From contig CAYLZD010000010.1 of NCBI GenBank assembly GCA_964388275.1, positions 8,023-72,022 of the forward strand: DNA of 64,000 nt, read 5' to 3'. The translations under genes were made by a program, and so were the position numbers. Every line of letters begins with the position of its first letter. Positions within the stretch are counted from its first letter, which is position 1. Origin of the DNA: an uncultured Chromatiales bacterium (lineage in GTDB: Bacteria; Bacteroidota; Ignavibacteria; SZUA-365). Below, piece by piece: positions 8,762 to 17,907 of the stretch. Under the pieces are notes generated by a model. It was not told the origin of the DNA and ran no database searches. It saw nothing but the letters and a program-made list of their open reading frames with translations.

Positions 8762-9040
8762 TCAGAGCACCCAACCGCCCCAGGGTGGTTTCGGCGCCCT
8801 TCCGATGACGATTTCGAGGCCCGCTTCGTTGAGCTGTGTGTAGCGGAACATGAATTTCAATCCGGTTTTCATGTCTTCGGACAGCTTCGGGATCGCTTCA
8901 TTCAGGTAGTTCAGCCCTTCCTCATCCAACTCCCAACCGGCTTTGCCGAGTGTGCCGTGTATGTCTATCAGGAGGTTTTCGAAGAAGGGCGGATTTGCGA
9001 AGCACGCTTGTATCACGTCCTTGAGTTTTACCTGCTCCAT
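8762..9040 (-). CDS. Nif11-like domain small protein (92 aa) with a Trp-rich C-terminal tail; candidate precursor peptide.
   Basis: MEQVKLKDVIQACFANPPFFENLL...LGKAGWELDEEGLNYL resembles the Nif11 leader family (..LKAFLEKV...AKEAGFxxxxEEL). The C-terminus is IVIGRAPKPPWGGWVL. A strong SD AAGGAG lies 5 nt upstream of the ATG. Confidence 0.6.
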   Translation of the reverse strand: MEQVKLKDVIQACFANPPFFENLLIDIHGTLGKAGWELDEEGLNYLNEAIPKLSEDMKTGLKFMFRYTQLNEAGLEIVIGRAPKPPWGGWVL

Positions 9041-9094
9041 ATTGACTCCTTTGTTGTTGCGTTGGTTTTCGTGAGCCGTGTTTCGGCTACTGGA

Positions 9095-11539
9095 TCATCG
9101 GTTTGCTTTCTTGTCCGAGCGTCCGGTTTCCCTGCCGTCGAGGATGAGACGCAGGGCCGCGATGCGTTTCCGGGCCTCGTAAGCGCGGAAGGATGTTGAG
9201 TCTGCCGCGGCGAAGGATAGATAGTCGGCCAAGGCCGCGCCGATCATCTCCTGATTGTTCTCGTAGAGCTGGGCGCGCTCGTAATGCGCCGCCGCATAGC
9301 CGGGTCGCAGCTCGACGGCCCTGCTGAAGGCTGTGTCGGCCTCGGCCGCGCGTCCCTGGGCCGAATATGCGCGGCCCAAACGCAGATAATGATCGGCCTT
9401 GTCCGGTTTCATGGAAACGGCCTTCAGCGCGATCGCTTCGGCTCTCGAGTGAAGTCCGGCGGCCGCGTAATGATCGGCCAGGCTGCCGTACGCCGAGTCG
9501 AGCGAAGCGAATCGTTCGAGACAGGCGGTAACGTATCTTTGTTCCCAGATCTCGGTGGTGTCGGCCCTCGATCGCCTGGCTGCGATGGCTGCTCGAGCCG
9601 CCGAACTGCCCGGGTAGGGGGAGCAGATGTCCCAGTTGTGCTCGATTATGGATGCGGCCTGTTCGACTCGGTCGAGCGCGAGAGCGCAGAAAGCGGCGAT
9701 AGGATAAACCGGCGCATATTTCCAGCGGGCTTGCACGCAGGGCATGGCGAGCCCGAGGGCTTTTTCGTAATCCCCCTGAGCGACCGCCAGTTCGGCGAGA
9801 TTTATCAGCAGCACGTGATTGCCCGGCGAATACTCCAGCGCGATTTCCAGGTACCGCTGCTGTTCCGGCTGTCTGTCGTCGATTAGAGCGCCGACGTATT
9901 GTATCATGGCCCGCTCGAAGGGATTCGCCAGGCGCTCCTGCCGGAGCAGAATTTTATATTGCCTGCGGGCTTCGTTCCGATTCGGTCTGTACAGAAGATT
10001 TGAGATCAGCCATATTCGCGCGCTGATAAACGTCGAGTCGTATCGGAGCGTCCGCCTCAATTCCTTCTCCGCGGATTCGCCGCGGTATATGATGCGTCTG
10101 GCTTCGAGAAAGGCGAGCTGGGCCTGCAGATTCCGCGCCTTGCCCGCGAGCCAGGGCTGTACGCTGCTGTCGGCCCTAACTTGTCCCGCTATCATGAAAT
10201 GATCGGCTATCTGGGACGCCATGCTCCTGACGGCCTCGGGCAGGGCGTTCTCGTTGGCCAGCGGCTGCGCGGCCGCGTATTCCACCTCGCCGTTTTCGTT
10301 TACCACCCTGGTCTGCATCAGATACCCGGTGGTAGTCCGCGATATCGAACCCGTGATCACGTTCAGTATGCCTTCTTCCTCCAGGAAATCCCTGAAACCG
10401 CTTTCCCTGAAATCCGGTTCAGTCGATCCGAAAGCCGCGTGTATTTTCGAGTTGAGACTCAACGGATCTGTCAGGACGAGCGCCCCGCGTCCCGTCAACT
10501 CATGCACAAGCATTTGCTGCACCAGTTCCGGTATGCCGTCGAGAGACGCTTCGCCTGTCTGATTCTCGAACGGGAAAACGGCAAGCCGCATCGAGTCGCC
10601 GCGGCCGGGCTTTACCGGCAGTATGTAAGGTTTCCACAACGGCCAGGCGATCGCTGCCAGGGCAGTCAAGAGCAGCGCGAACAACAAGCGCCGTTTCAAG
10701 GAGCCCGGACCGCCGCCCGCTTCGCCGATGGCCGCCTGCGGGGCCGGTTGTTCGATATATGCCGGCCTGTCGGCGGCCTGCTTCCGAAGACAGGCCGAAA
10801 TTAATTCCGCTGTGGCCCCGGACACATGTGGAAGGCGTGTTTTTACGTCGGCTTCCTCGTACTGGATGGAATAGCTCAATGCCTGCGGATAGTCTCCGGT
10901 GAAGGGCGGCGATCCCCCCAGCATTTCGAAAAGCACAACGCCGAGCGACCAGATGTCGCTTCTTCCGTCGGACGCTTCCCCCCGTATGCGCTCGGGCGAC
11001 ATGTACGACAGAGTGCCGGCCGTCATGTATTCGAAGGTATCCTCCGAATACGGCGCTTTCGCCAATCCGAAATCGAGTATCTTGACGCTTCCGTCGGGGA
11101 GGAGGAACAGGTTTTCCGGTTTTATGTCCCTGTGCACAATTCCTTTCTCGTGAGCCGCTTGCAGTCCCCGGCCCGCCTGGAAAAACATATCGAGGGCCTT
11201 TTTCTCGTCTATCGGTCCCCGGCCGATAAGGTCTCTGAGAGACTCGCCCTCGTGATATCCCATCGCTATGAACAGCTCGCCGTCGTCTGTTTCGCCCACA
11301 GTGTGGATGCTGCATATGTTCGGATGTTCCAGAGCCGATGCGGCGCGCGCTTCCTCCATCAGCCGCCGCCTCGCCGCAGCGTCGAGGCGGTCCCTCGCCT
11401 TGACGAATTTAAGCGCGACTATGCGTCCGAGCGTCTCATCCTCGGCTTTGTATATCTCTCCCATCCCGCCTTCGGCAATCTTCTCCAGCAGTCGGTAACC
11501 GGGAATGCTTCCGCGCGCGCTTCGGTCGTTTGCGTCCAT
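9095..11539 (-). CDS. Ser/Thr protein kinase with a TM helix, a periplasmic sensor-like region and C-terminal TPR repeats.
   Basis: Hanks kinase motifs are present: GxGxxG-like IAEGGMGEIY, VALK, HRDIKPENLFL, DFGLAK and SPE. One TM helix (LLFALLLTALAAIAWPLW). The long C-terminal TPR-like region is rich in A/Y/R repeats. Confidence 0.9.
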   Translation of the reverse strand: MDANDRSARGSIPGYRLLEKIAEGGMGEIYKAEDETLGRIVALKFVKARDRLDAAARRRLMEEARAASALEHPNICSIHTVGETDDGELFIAMGYHEGESLRDLIGRGPIDEKKALDMFFQAGRGLQAAHEKGIVHRDIKPENLFLLPDGSVKILDFGLAKAPYSEDTFEYMTAGTLSYMSPERIRGEASDGRSDIWSLGVVLFEMLGGSPPFTGDYPQALSYSIQYEEADVKTRLPHVSGATAELISACLRKQAADRPAYIEQPAPQAAIGEAGGGPGSLKRRLLFALLLTALAAIAWPLWKPYILPVKPGRGDSMRLAVFPFENQTGEASLDGIPELVQQMLVHELTGRGALVLTDPLSLNSKIHAAFGSTEPDFRESGFRDFLEEEGILNVITGSISRTTTGYLMQTRVVNENGEVEYAAAQPLANENALPEAVRSMASQIADHFMIAGQVRADSSVQPWLAGKARNLQAQLAFLEARRIIYRGESAEKELRRTLRYDSTFISARIWLISNLLYRPNRNEARRQYKILLRQERLANPFERAMIQYVGALIDDRQPEQQRYLEIALEYSPGNHVLLINLAELAVAQGDYEKALGLAMPCVQARWKYAPVYPIAAFCALALDRVEQAASIIEHNWDICSPYPGSSAARAAIAARRSRADTTEIWEQRYVTACLERFASLDSAYGSLADHYAAAGLHSRAEAIALKAVSMKPDKADHYLRLGRAYSAQGRAAEADTAFSRAVELRPGYAAAHYERAQLYENNQEMIGAALADYLSFAAADSTSFRAYEARKRIAALRLILDGRETGRSDKKANR

Positions 11540-11549
11540 GGAAGAATCC

Positions 11550-12893
11550 TCAGGGCGCGCTCCGGCGCCGTATTGCGACCGCTGTGAGGTCGTCGCGCTT
11601 GTATTCAGGACAGGAAAATGAATCCACCGCCGAACATACGGATTTCACGATCCCTGCCGCGGTCGCTTCGCGGGTTTTGTCGAGCAGATCGGAAAGCGCC
11701 TTCTCGCCGAACTGCGTTCCGCGGTCGTCCGCCGCCTCGGTTATGCCGTCCGTGAACATCAGGAGAGCGTCTCCGGGCGCAATAGCGACCGCGAGTTCCC
11801 TGTATTTCTGGTCGGGGAAAATGCCGAGCAGAAGTCCGCCCGGCCTCTCGAGCGATCCGACGCCGCCGCCGGCACTTATTAGCAACGGCACATCATGACC
11901 GGCGCTCGCATATGTAAAACTGTGAGCGGCCGGATCGAGCACGCCGTAAAGGATCGTGATGAACATCGCGTCAGCCGCCTCGCCGCAAAGGGCGTCGTTG
12001 AGCGCTTCGAGGCATGCTCCCGGACCTTTGTCCTTCCGCGCGAGCACGCGCATGAGAGTTCTCGCGACGGACATGAACATGGCCGCGGGAATGCCTTTGC
12101 CCGAAACGTCCGCAACCACGACTCCCCAGCGGCCGCCCGCGAGCGGTATGTAGTCGAAGTAGTCTCCTCCGATCAGTTGAGCCGGCACGTACGCGCCGGC
12201 GATCTCGTAACCGGCAATGCTCGGGGTATCGGCGGGCAGGAGGGACCTCTGTATCCCGGCGGCCATGCGCATTTCCTGCTGCAACAGCCGGAGCTCGGCC
12301 TCCTCCTCGGCAAGGCGCGCGCTTTCCAGCACCTGCGCTGATTGTGCGCCGATGATCGCCAGCAGCCGCTGGTCCTCTTCCGAAAAACCGCGGGCGCCGC
12401 ATTTGTTGTAAAGCGCCAGGACTCCAGTCATAGCGCCTTTGACCAGCAGCGGAACGGCGAGGAGGGAACTCACACCGGCATCCCAGACGATTCCCGGAAA
12501 ACGCGCATCCCCGTTTACAGTCTCGATCCGGAGCGGCGCCCTGTTCTTGATCATCCAACCTATCAATGCCTGATCGATGTGGTAGCTGGGTTGCTCCAAT
12601 TTAGTCAGCTTGCTGCGCACCAGGGTGCGCGAGTCCTGTCCGGTATTCCTCTCGACAAGTGTGATAGCGCCCTGTTCGGCGTTCAATCTCCGAGTCGCCT
12701 GCCGCACTATCACTTCGATGATTTCGGAGGTCGTGTGCATTCCTCCGATCTGACCGGCGAGAGTGTTGAGATACGACAGCTCGTCGAGCGAGCGTTTGAG
12801 GCGGTCGATCTCGAACGCCGCGGGAGTTTCCTGCTTGTCGGCTGCTGAAGGATCCATTTTGTCTTTGATATCCGGGCGATATATCGGCGGCAT
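11550..12893 (-). CDS. GAF domain-containing PP2C-type (SpoIIE/RsbU-like) serine phosphatase.
   Basis: A GAF-like region is followed by the PPM fold with a metal-binding GDYFD motif, VADVSGKG and FTDGITEA. The start is chosen at MPPIYRP (12893); the longer ORF to 13085 has a non-protein-like N-terminus. Its stop is 11 nt from the kinase start. Confidence 0.8.
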   Translation of the reverse strand: MPPIYRPDIKDKMDPSAADKQETPAAFEIDRLKRSLDELSYLNTLAGQIGGMHTTSEIIEVIVRQATRRLNAEQGAITLVERNTGQDSRTLVRSKLTKLEQPSYHIDQALIGWMIKNRAPLRIETVNGDARFPGIVWDAGVSSLLAVPLLVKGAMTGVLALYNKCGARGFSEEDQRLLAIIGAQSAQVLESARLAEEEAELRLLQQEMRMAAGIQRSLLPADTPSIAGYEIAGAYVPAQLIGGDYFDYIPLAGGRWGVVVADVSGKGIPAAMFMSVARTLMRVLARKDKGPGACLEALNDALCGEAADAMFITILYGVLDPAAHSFTYASAGHDVPLLISAGGGVGSLERPGGLLLGIFPDQKYRELAVAIAPGDALLMFTDGITEAADDRGTQFGEKALSDLLDKTREATAAGIVKSVCSAVDSFSCPEYKRDDLTAVAIRRRSAP

Positions 12894-13223
12894 TCCCGCC
12901 CGCCGTCGTCGTCCAAGCGCCTGAATCGTCCGTATCCGGCATGGAAGGAATCCGCCATTGCAATGCGCTCCGGAAAGAGTGTTTGCCGGTCCCGAACAGT
13001 ACGATTGAAACCGCGAAATGATAGGATTTCCGCAAGACAAAAGCAAGAATCGCGACTTTGTTCGGGGATTGCGGAGAGCGGTCAAGCGGCCGCCGTCGCT
13101 TCCACACCGGCCCCGTTACCCGCGCGGCGGACAAGCCGGCTCGTCGGGCGCGCCGATGAGATACGCCGATGTGCCGGGACCGGTCAAGGTTATCGGGAAG
13201 CCGTCAGTACCCGGCGCCTTCCG

Positions 13224-15251
13224 TCAAGGCACTTGTGTATTCCGCGTGTTCCCAGTGTTGACCCCTCCGATATTGCGCAGAATCACGGCGCGGTCGTTTC
13301 CCGCGCCGGAATACTGCGTGACGCCGTTCATGCCCGTGTCTTCGCGGTGGTACCCGGCTGCGGTTGCAGTGATGTCGCCGCTGCCAAGGCGCAGAAGGAT
13401 GAAGGACGGATCGTTGCCGGCGCCGGTGTACTTCAGCTGTCCATCCGCATTCGCATCACCGGACCACATTCCGAAAGGCGCTTGTCCCGCCGACAAACCT
13501 GTCATCGGCTCCGTGCCGTACGCCTGCGCCTGCGCCGTGGTGAAGTCGTACAGCGGTGTGGCCGCGTCGATGCGGATGGTATCGGAGCTCATGACGGCCA
13601 GGTGATTTCTGTGCCGGATCACCAGGTAATACGGTCCCGGGGTCAGCGCGGGGAAGGACACGGGGCTGCTTCCGTTCAGGTCGGTGATGCGGCCGTTCGC
13701 GTGCAGGAAGGCGGCCCTCCTCGCCGCGGATGTTCCTCCGGGCGTCGTTCGGAGTTCCAGCAGCAACCAGTCGACGATGGTGTTCGCGGGGATGGATCCC
13801 ACGCTTTCGGCGCCTGCGTAATTCCACGGCTGTGTATTGTAAGGTTGTGATAGAGGAAGCAGGCAGCCGCTTCCCAGAGAAACCGACATGCCGCCGGCCG
13901 GACCCGACCACGGGCCCTGCAGGAATATCTTGGCATCGACGATGCAGGCCGTCGCGGCGCCGGCCGAGTAACCCGTGAAATCGCCACCGAGCTGAACGCC
14001 GGTTGCGCTCAGTAGATTCGCGGCCGTGTCCGCTTTGTTCCGCTTGAACCACTGCGAGGCGATCCATTGGCCCGTGTGCATGTTGTCCTCTGGTCCGACA
14101 ATATCCGCATCCGTGTATTTGAATTGCGCGCTGCCGATACCGACGGAAGTGGACAGCACATCCACCGCCCAGTATCGATTGATGTAGGATGCCTGGCTCG
14201 TGTTCTGCGGGTGCTTGGCGTTCGCCACCCTCACGCCGGCGCCGTAGGTCCCGCTGATGTTGGTGAACTGAAGAACCGCAGGAGAATACTCGGCCGTTCC
14301 CGTCAGGTCGCCCAGCGGGTAAGTGTAGGCGCCGGCCGCGCTGAAACGTCTGATCAGCATGCCGGCGCCGGTGGTGGCTATCATGTCGTTTGCCGAGAAT
14401 CCGGCCGAAGTAGTAATTATCGAACCGGTGGTCCCGATTATAGCGTTCGAATCGCCGATCGAGAGAATCGCGCCTGACAGAGTTAAAATGCCGTTGGAAT
14501 TCAAGACTCCGGTCAGCGTCTTGGTGCTGGCGGACAGTATCAGATCGTCGTCATACGTGCCGCCCGGCAGATACTGTGCAGTTGTGGCATAGAATTCCAC
14601 GGCCCCCTGCCGCATCGGGAGATTCGAATACCAGCGCATCCCGGAAGGGAGCGGAGTCGGGCTCGTATTGGCGGTCCGCAGCTTGCCGCTCACCCAGGTC
14701 CAATCCGGCTTTCCCGACAGGCGGTAGACACCGAGATCGAAGACGGACTGATTGACGTTCGTGAAGCCCTCCACGTAGAGTTCGTGCGAGACAGAGATGT
14801 CTCCGCCGGCCGCGACTGTGCGTGTGGCGCCGGTGGCTTCGGTTTTCAACGAGTGATAAGTTCCCGCCGGCACGGTTTGAGCGCCCGCGGCGCTGAAGAA
14901 AACGTAACTTCCCCATGTTTTCCCGGAGGGCAGAGGCGTCGCCGAAGTGTTTTCCGTGTAAATGAAGCCGCTGTTGGCTACGGCGCCGCTGAAGACCAGT
15001 GCATATTGCTTCAGGAAGAGGTTGATGTTTGTGTTGACGGAGAGCGAAGCGAAGGAATATACGCCGATGTTCTCGTCAACGGTGCAATTAGCCGCGATCA
15101 CCACATCGTCTCCGTTGCCGGGTTTCTGGGCATTCTGCCAGTTCGTCGCGGTGCTCCAATTTCCGGCCGTCATGAAGGTGCGAACGGCGGCGTCGACGCG
15201 TACGGTCGTTAGTGCCGCGAAGATGGCGCAAATAAGCAAGCTTGTTTTCAT
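13224..15251 (-). CDS. Secreted repeat protein with a signal peptide and internal ~45-aa repeats; hypothetical.
   Basis: The signal peptide is MKTSLLICAIFAALTTVRVDAA. A repeated unit reads SATPLPSGKTWGSYVFF.AAGAQTVPAGTYHSL / TSPTPLPSGMRWYSN...AQYLPGGTYDD. A C-terminal Ca-binding-like GDANADGQLKYTGAGND is present. No canonical T9SS CTD. Confidence 0.65.
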   Translation of the reverse strand: MKTSLLICAIFAALTTVRVDAAVRTFMTAGNWSTATNWQNAQKPGNGDDVVIAANCTVDENIGVYSFASLSVNTNINLFLKQYALVFSGAVANSGFIYTENTSATPLPSGKTWGSYVFFSAAGAQTVPAGTYHSLKTEATGATRTVAAGGDISVSHELYVEGFTNVNQSVFDLGVYRLSGKPDWTWVSGKLRTANTSPTPLPSGMRWYSNLPMRQGAVEFYATTAQYLPGGTYDDDLILSASTKTLTGVLNSNGILTLSGAILSIGDSNAIIGTTGSIITTSAGFSANDMIATTGAGMLIRRFSAAGAYTYPLGDLTGTAEYSPAVLQFTNISGTYGAGVRVANAKHPQNTSQASYINRYWAVDVLSTSVGIGSAQFKYTDADIVGPEDNMHTGQWIASQWFKRNKADTAANLLSATGVQLGGDFTGYSAGAATACIVDAKIFLQGPWSGPAGGMSVSLGSGCLLPLSQPYNTQPWNYAGAESVGSIPANTIVDWLLLELRTTPGGTSAARRAAFLHANGRITDLNGSSPVSFPALTPGPYYLVIRHRNHLAVMSSDTIRIDAATPLYDFTTAQAQAYGTEPMTGLSAGQAPFGMWSGDANADGQLKYTGAGNDPSFILLRLGSGDITATAAGYHREDTGMNGVTQYSGAGNDRAVILRNIGGVNTGNTRNTQVP

Positions 15252-15270
15252 CCTGTCATCTCGCTCGATG

Positions 15271-16389
15271 TCATTTCGAAAATGCAGATCCGCGCCGACC
15301 GCCCGCCTCCGCTTTGAAACGGGTCACGGCCGTCGCTTCCGGCGTTCGCAGAAGCAGGAAATACACCCCGGGCACGAGACTTCCCGCATCGAAACCGAGA
15401 GTGTGAAATCCGGCGGGAAGTTCATGTCTCGCGATGATGTTGCGCACGGGCATCCCGAGAAGATTGAAAACGGCGGCCGAGACCGTGCCGGGCGCCGACA
15501 GCGAGAAGGAAAGGACCGCGCGTCCGGCGGCGGGATTCGGATGCACTGAGCAGTGTAATACCGGGGGCGGCCCGCCGACGATCATCACTTCCACGGTTTG
15601 TGAATATTCGAAAAGTCCGCCGGCGCCGCCGAAGCGCAATCTGTAGGCTACGATCGAGGCATCGCGGTCGCTTGCGACAAATGCGGCGGGGAAGGGATCG
15701 AGGAAACGGAAGTCCCCATGTTCGTCTCTGTCCATGCCGTCCACCGTGCCGACGCGTTTCCAGCCTTCGCTGTCACATCGGCGTTCTATCTCGAAGCCGA
15801 GTGGAGGCGCCGTGCCTTCGTATTTCCAGACGAGCAGCACCGCGCCGTCGTCCGGCACGGCAGAGAGCGACGACAGGGCGACTGGAAGCGGCACACTGCC
15901 GGCGTCCGGCTGGAAAAGGCTGCCGGTCTTGTCGAGACCGGCGATCTCCGCGTAGTATTCGCCGTTGTTTGCGGCGGTCCACGAGTCGTCGGCAAGCTCG
16001 AAGACGCCGCTTCCGCTTCCGGTTTGTCTGACGGGCACGGTGACGACGGATATCTGGGTGTTGGCGCTCCAATTGATGGTTTGCGCCGTGGCGGCTGCGA
16101 ATTTCTGGTATCGGTATACGCCGGAAGTCCGCTCGATGCCCTGCTTCTCTATCGAGTACGCGGCGGATGACGGATCGCCGAGACCGACGCCGTAAGCGTC
16201 GAGCCAGCGCACCGTGAAAACGATGTTCGAGAGCGGCAAGGCGGGCACCGTGTCGGAAGCCCGCAGCCGCACTTCGAGAGTGGAATCGCCGGCGTGGAAT
16301 ATACCGGCGGAGATCTGTTGCGCTTTCGAACCGGGAATCATCGGGCAGAGCAGGAATACTCCCGCGGTCACAGCGGCGATCGTTTTCAT
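15271..16389 (-). CDS. Secreted protein with a T9SS C-terminal sorting domain; hypothetical.
   Basis: The start at MKTIAAVTAGVFLLCPMIPGSKAQQ is a signal peptide, with GGAG upstream. The C-terminal HPNPAAGRAVLSFSLSAPGTVSAAVFNLLGMPVRNI...GVYFLLLRTPEATAVTRFK fits the T9SS CTD. Confidence 0.75.
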   Translation of the reverse strand: MKTIAAVTAGVFLLCPMIPGSKAQQISAGIFHAGDSTLEVRLRASDTVPALPLSNIVFTVRWLDAYGVGLGDPSSAAYSIEKQGIERTSGVYRYQKFAAATAQTINWSANTQISVVTVPVRQTGSGSGVFELADDSWTAANNGEYYAEIAGLDKTGSLFQPDAGSVPLPVALSSLSAVPDDGAVLLVWKYEGTAPPLGFEIERRCDSEGWKRVGTVDGMDRDEHGDFRFLDPFPAAFVASDRDASIVAYRLRFGGAGGLFEYSQTVEVMIVGGPPPVLHCSVHPNPAAGRAVLSFSLSAPGTVSAAVFNLLGMPVRNIIARHELPAGFHTLGFDAGSLVPGVYFLLLRTPEATAVTRFKAEAGGRRGSAFSK

Positions 16390-16948
16390 TTTCGACTCCT
16401 GTGCATATGGAACATACGTCCGGTATATCAGTGATCCCGACCGTTTTCCGTTTCCTTTGGAAGAAACAACAGTTGTTGGTAATAATAGAATTTGCGCCGG
16501 CCAAAAGCAATGAAAAATCAAATGGATTTTCCGATTCGTGGATATGGACTGCCCTAGTCCGCCAGAGATGGCGGTGTCGTCGGATGTAAATGTACGCCGC
16601 TGTTCCAGGAAGAAATCATCAGGAATCCGGCGCAGGGAAATAGGTTGAAAAATATCCGAATTTATATTGACTTTGTTCGCGGGGAAGAGTAGCTTTGATC
16701 TTCGTTTTTCATCAGCCCCACAAATCCTTCGAAAGGAAAATTATCGGTTTCACGAACGTGCGCACCTGACAGCTTCGGATGTCGTAGCAGGAGCAGTTGT
16801 ACCGCGGCTGCTTGTCTGTAGCGGAAGGATGACGCAAAAAGGCACGAATTCGGTTCGATGTGAACAACGAAGAGAATATCGCAGCGTCGCAAGGCGCGCG
16901 GTTGGAAGTCACTATACCATTCATCCCAATAATCAGGAGGACTGATTC

Positions 16949-17626
16949 ATGAAGTTAACCACGAGATTTCTCTCGTTCTTATCCCTGGTGGTCTTCACGG
17001 CAGTCGCATTGCAGGCGCAGTCGTTCACGATCCAGCCTACCGCATTGACGATAGCGCAGGGCGGTTCCGGGCAGATCACTCTGGAGAGCACGGTGGGCGA
17101 GCCGCAGGAGTGGAAAGTTGTGCAGCCGGTTTCGCCGAGCATAGCGGTGGCCCCGATGCAGGGCGCGCTTCCGGGCCATGCTCATGAAGCGGTGACGATC
17201 AAGGCGCTGGGCAAGCCGGGCGAGCGCGTAGGCCTTACCTTCACGAATGGAAAGGAAAAGGTCGGCGTGCGCGTGACCATCGGCAAGCCGGGAAGCGACG
17301 GAGTTGTGACAGGCGGCTGGAGTCTGTCTCCCATGGAGGGAGTATTCAGCGGCAAACCGGTTCAGGTGATTGTGAAGAACAGCACGAACAAACCGCTCAA
17401 TTTCACGGTCGGACGCATTCCCAAGACCATCAACGTCGCTCCGATGAGCGGCAATGTTCCGCCTATGGGCGAATTTCCGGTGAATATCGACGTCAAGATC
17501 GAAGGTTCGGTCTCGTCCACTCCGATATTGATTCCGTTCAACGCCTTGAAGGAGACGAAGAACTTCAAACTGACCATCAAGCCGCCTCCTCCTCCGCCGA
17601 ATCCGACGGATATCAAACCGAGATAA
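16949..17626 (+). CDS. Secreted protein with a proline-rich C-terminus (signal peptide MKLTTRFLSFLSLVVFTAVALQAQS); hypothetical.
   Basis: 225 aa. Two internal beta-rich repeats contain ...VAPMQG.LPG... / ...VAPMSGNVPP.... The protein ends KPPPPPPNPTDIKPR. Confidence 0.6.
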   Translation: MKLTTRFLSFLSLVVFTAVALQAQSFTIQPTALTIAQGGSGQITLESTVGEPQEWKVVQPVSPSIAVAPMQGALPGHAHEAVTIKALGKPGERVGLTFTNGKEKVGVRVTIGKPGSDGVVTGGWSLSPMEGVFSGKPVQVIVKNSTNKPLNFTVGRIPKTINVAPMSGNVPPMGEFPVNIDVKIEGSVSSTPILIPFNALKETKNFKLTIKPPPPPPNPTDIKPR

Positions 17627-17788
17627 ACCGGTCTTAAATTTTGCAGGCTGTTGTCGAAATATGTATTATCGACTTCGCCGGCTGTCTCAATCCGGCGAAG
17701 AACACCCGCATATTTCCTGAATCCCGGTCTGTCGATCGATATCCGCCGATAGATTTCTCCGGACGAGATCCGGAGTCATCTTGATCAT

Positions 17789-17842
17789 GGAACGCATCAC
17801 CGTCCGCGGAAAAGGCGGGCGGTGATGCGTTCCGATTTTTTA
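17789..17842 (+). terminator. Rho-independent terminator-like hairpin (13-bp stem) followed by a T-run, immediately upstream of the OMP gene.
   Basis: ggaacgcatcacc (17789-17801), an 19-nt loop, ggtgatgcgttcc (17821-17833), then GATTTTTTA. Confidence 0.5.
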
Positions 17843-17907
17843 TCCTCATCAATTCCCAAAATATGAAATGGACGAGCTTGCCGAAGCGGAACACGGCGTC
17901 GGCGCGT

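Noticed and set aside
9284-11587. Plus-strand ORFs overlapping the Ser/Thr kinase gene (9284-9886, 10181-10804, 10826-11587)
   Set aside because: They are antisense to a kinase with canonical Hanks motifs and have no protein-like features.
11550-13085. The longest start (13085) for the GAF-PP2C phosphatase
   Set aside because: The first about 64 residues (MTALRNPRTKSRFLLLSCGNPIISRF...) look non-protein-like and would leave no room for a promoter. An internal Met at 12893 is preferred. The start remains uncertain.
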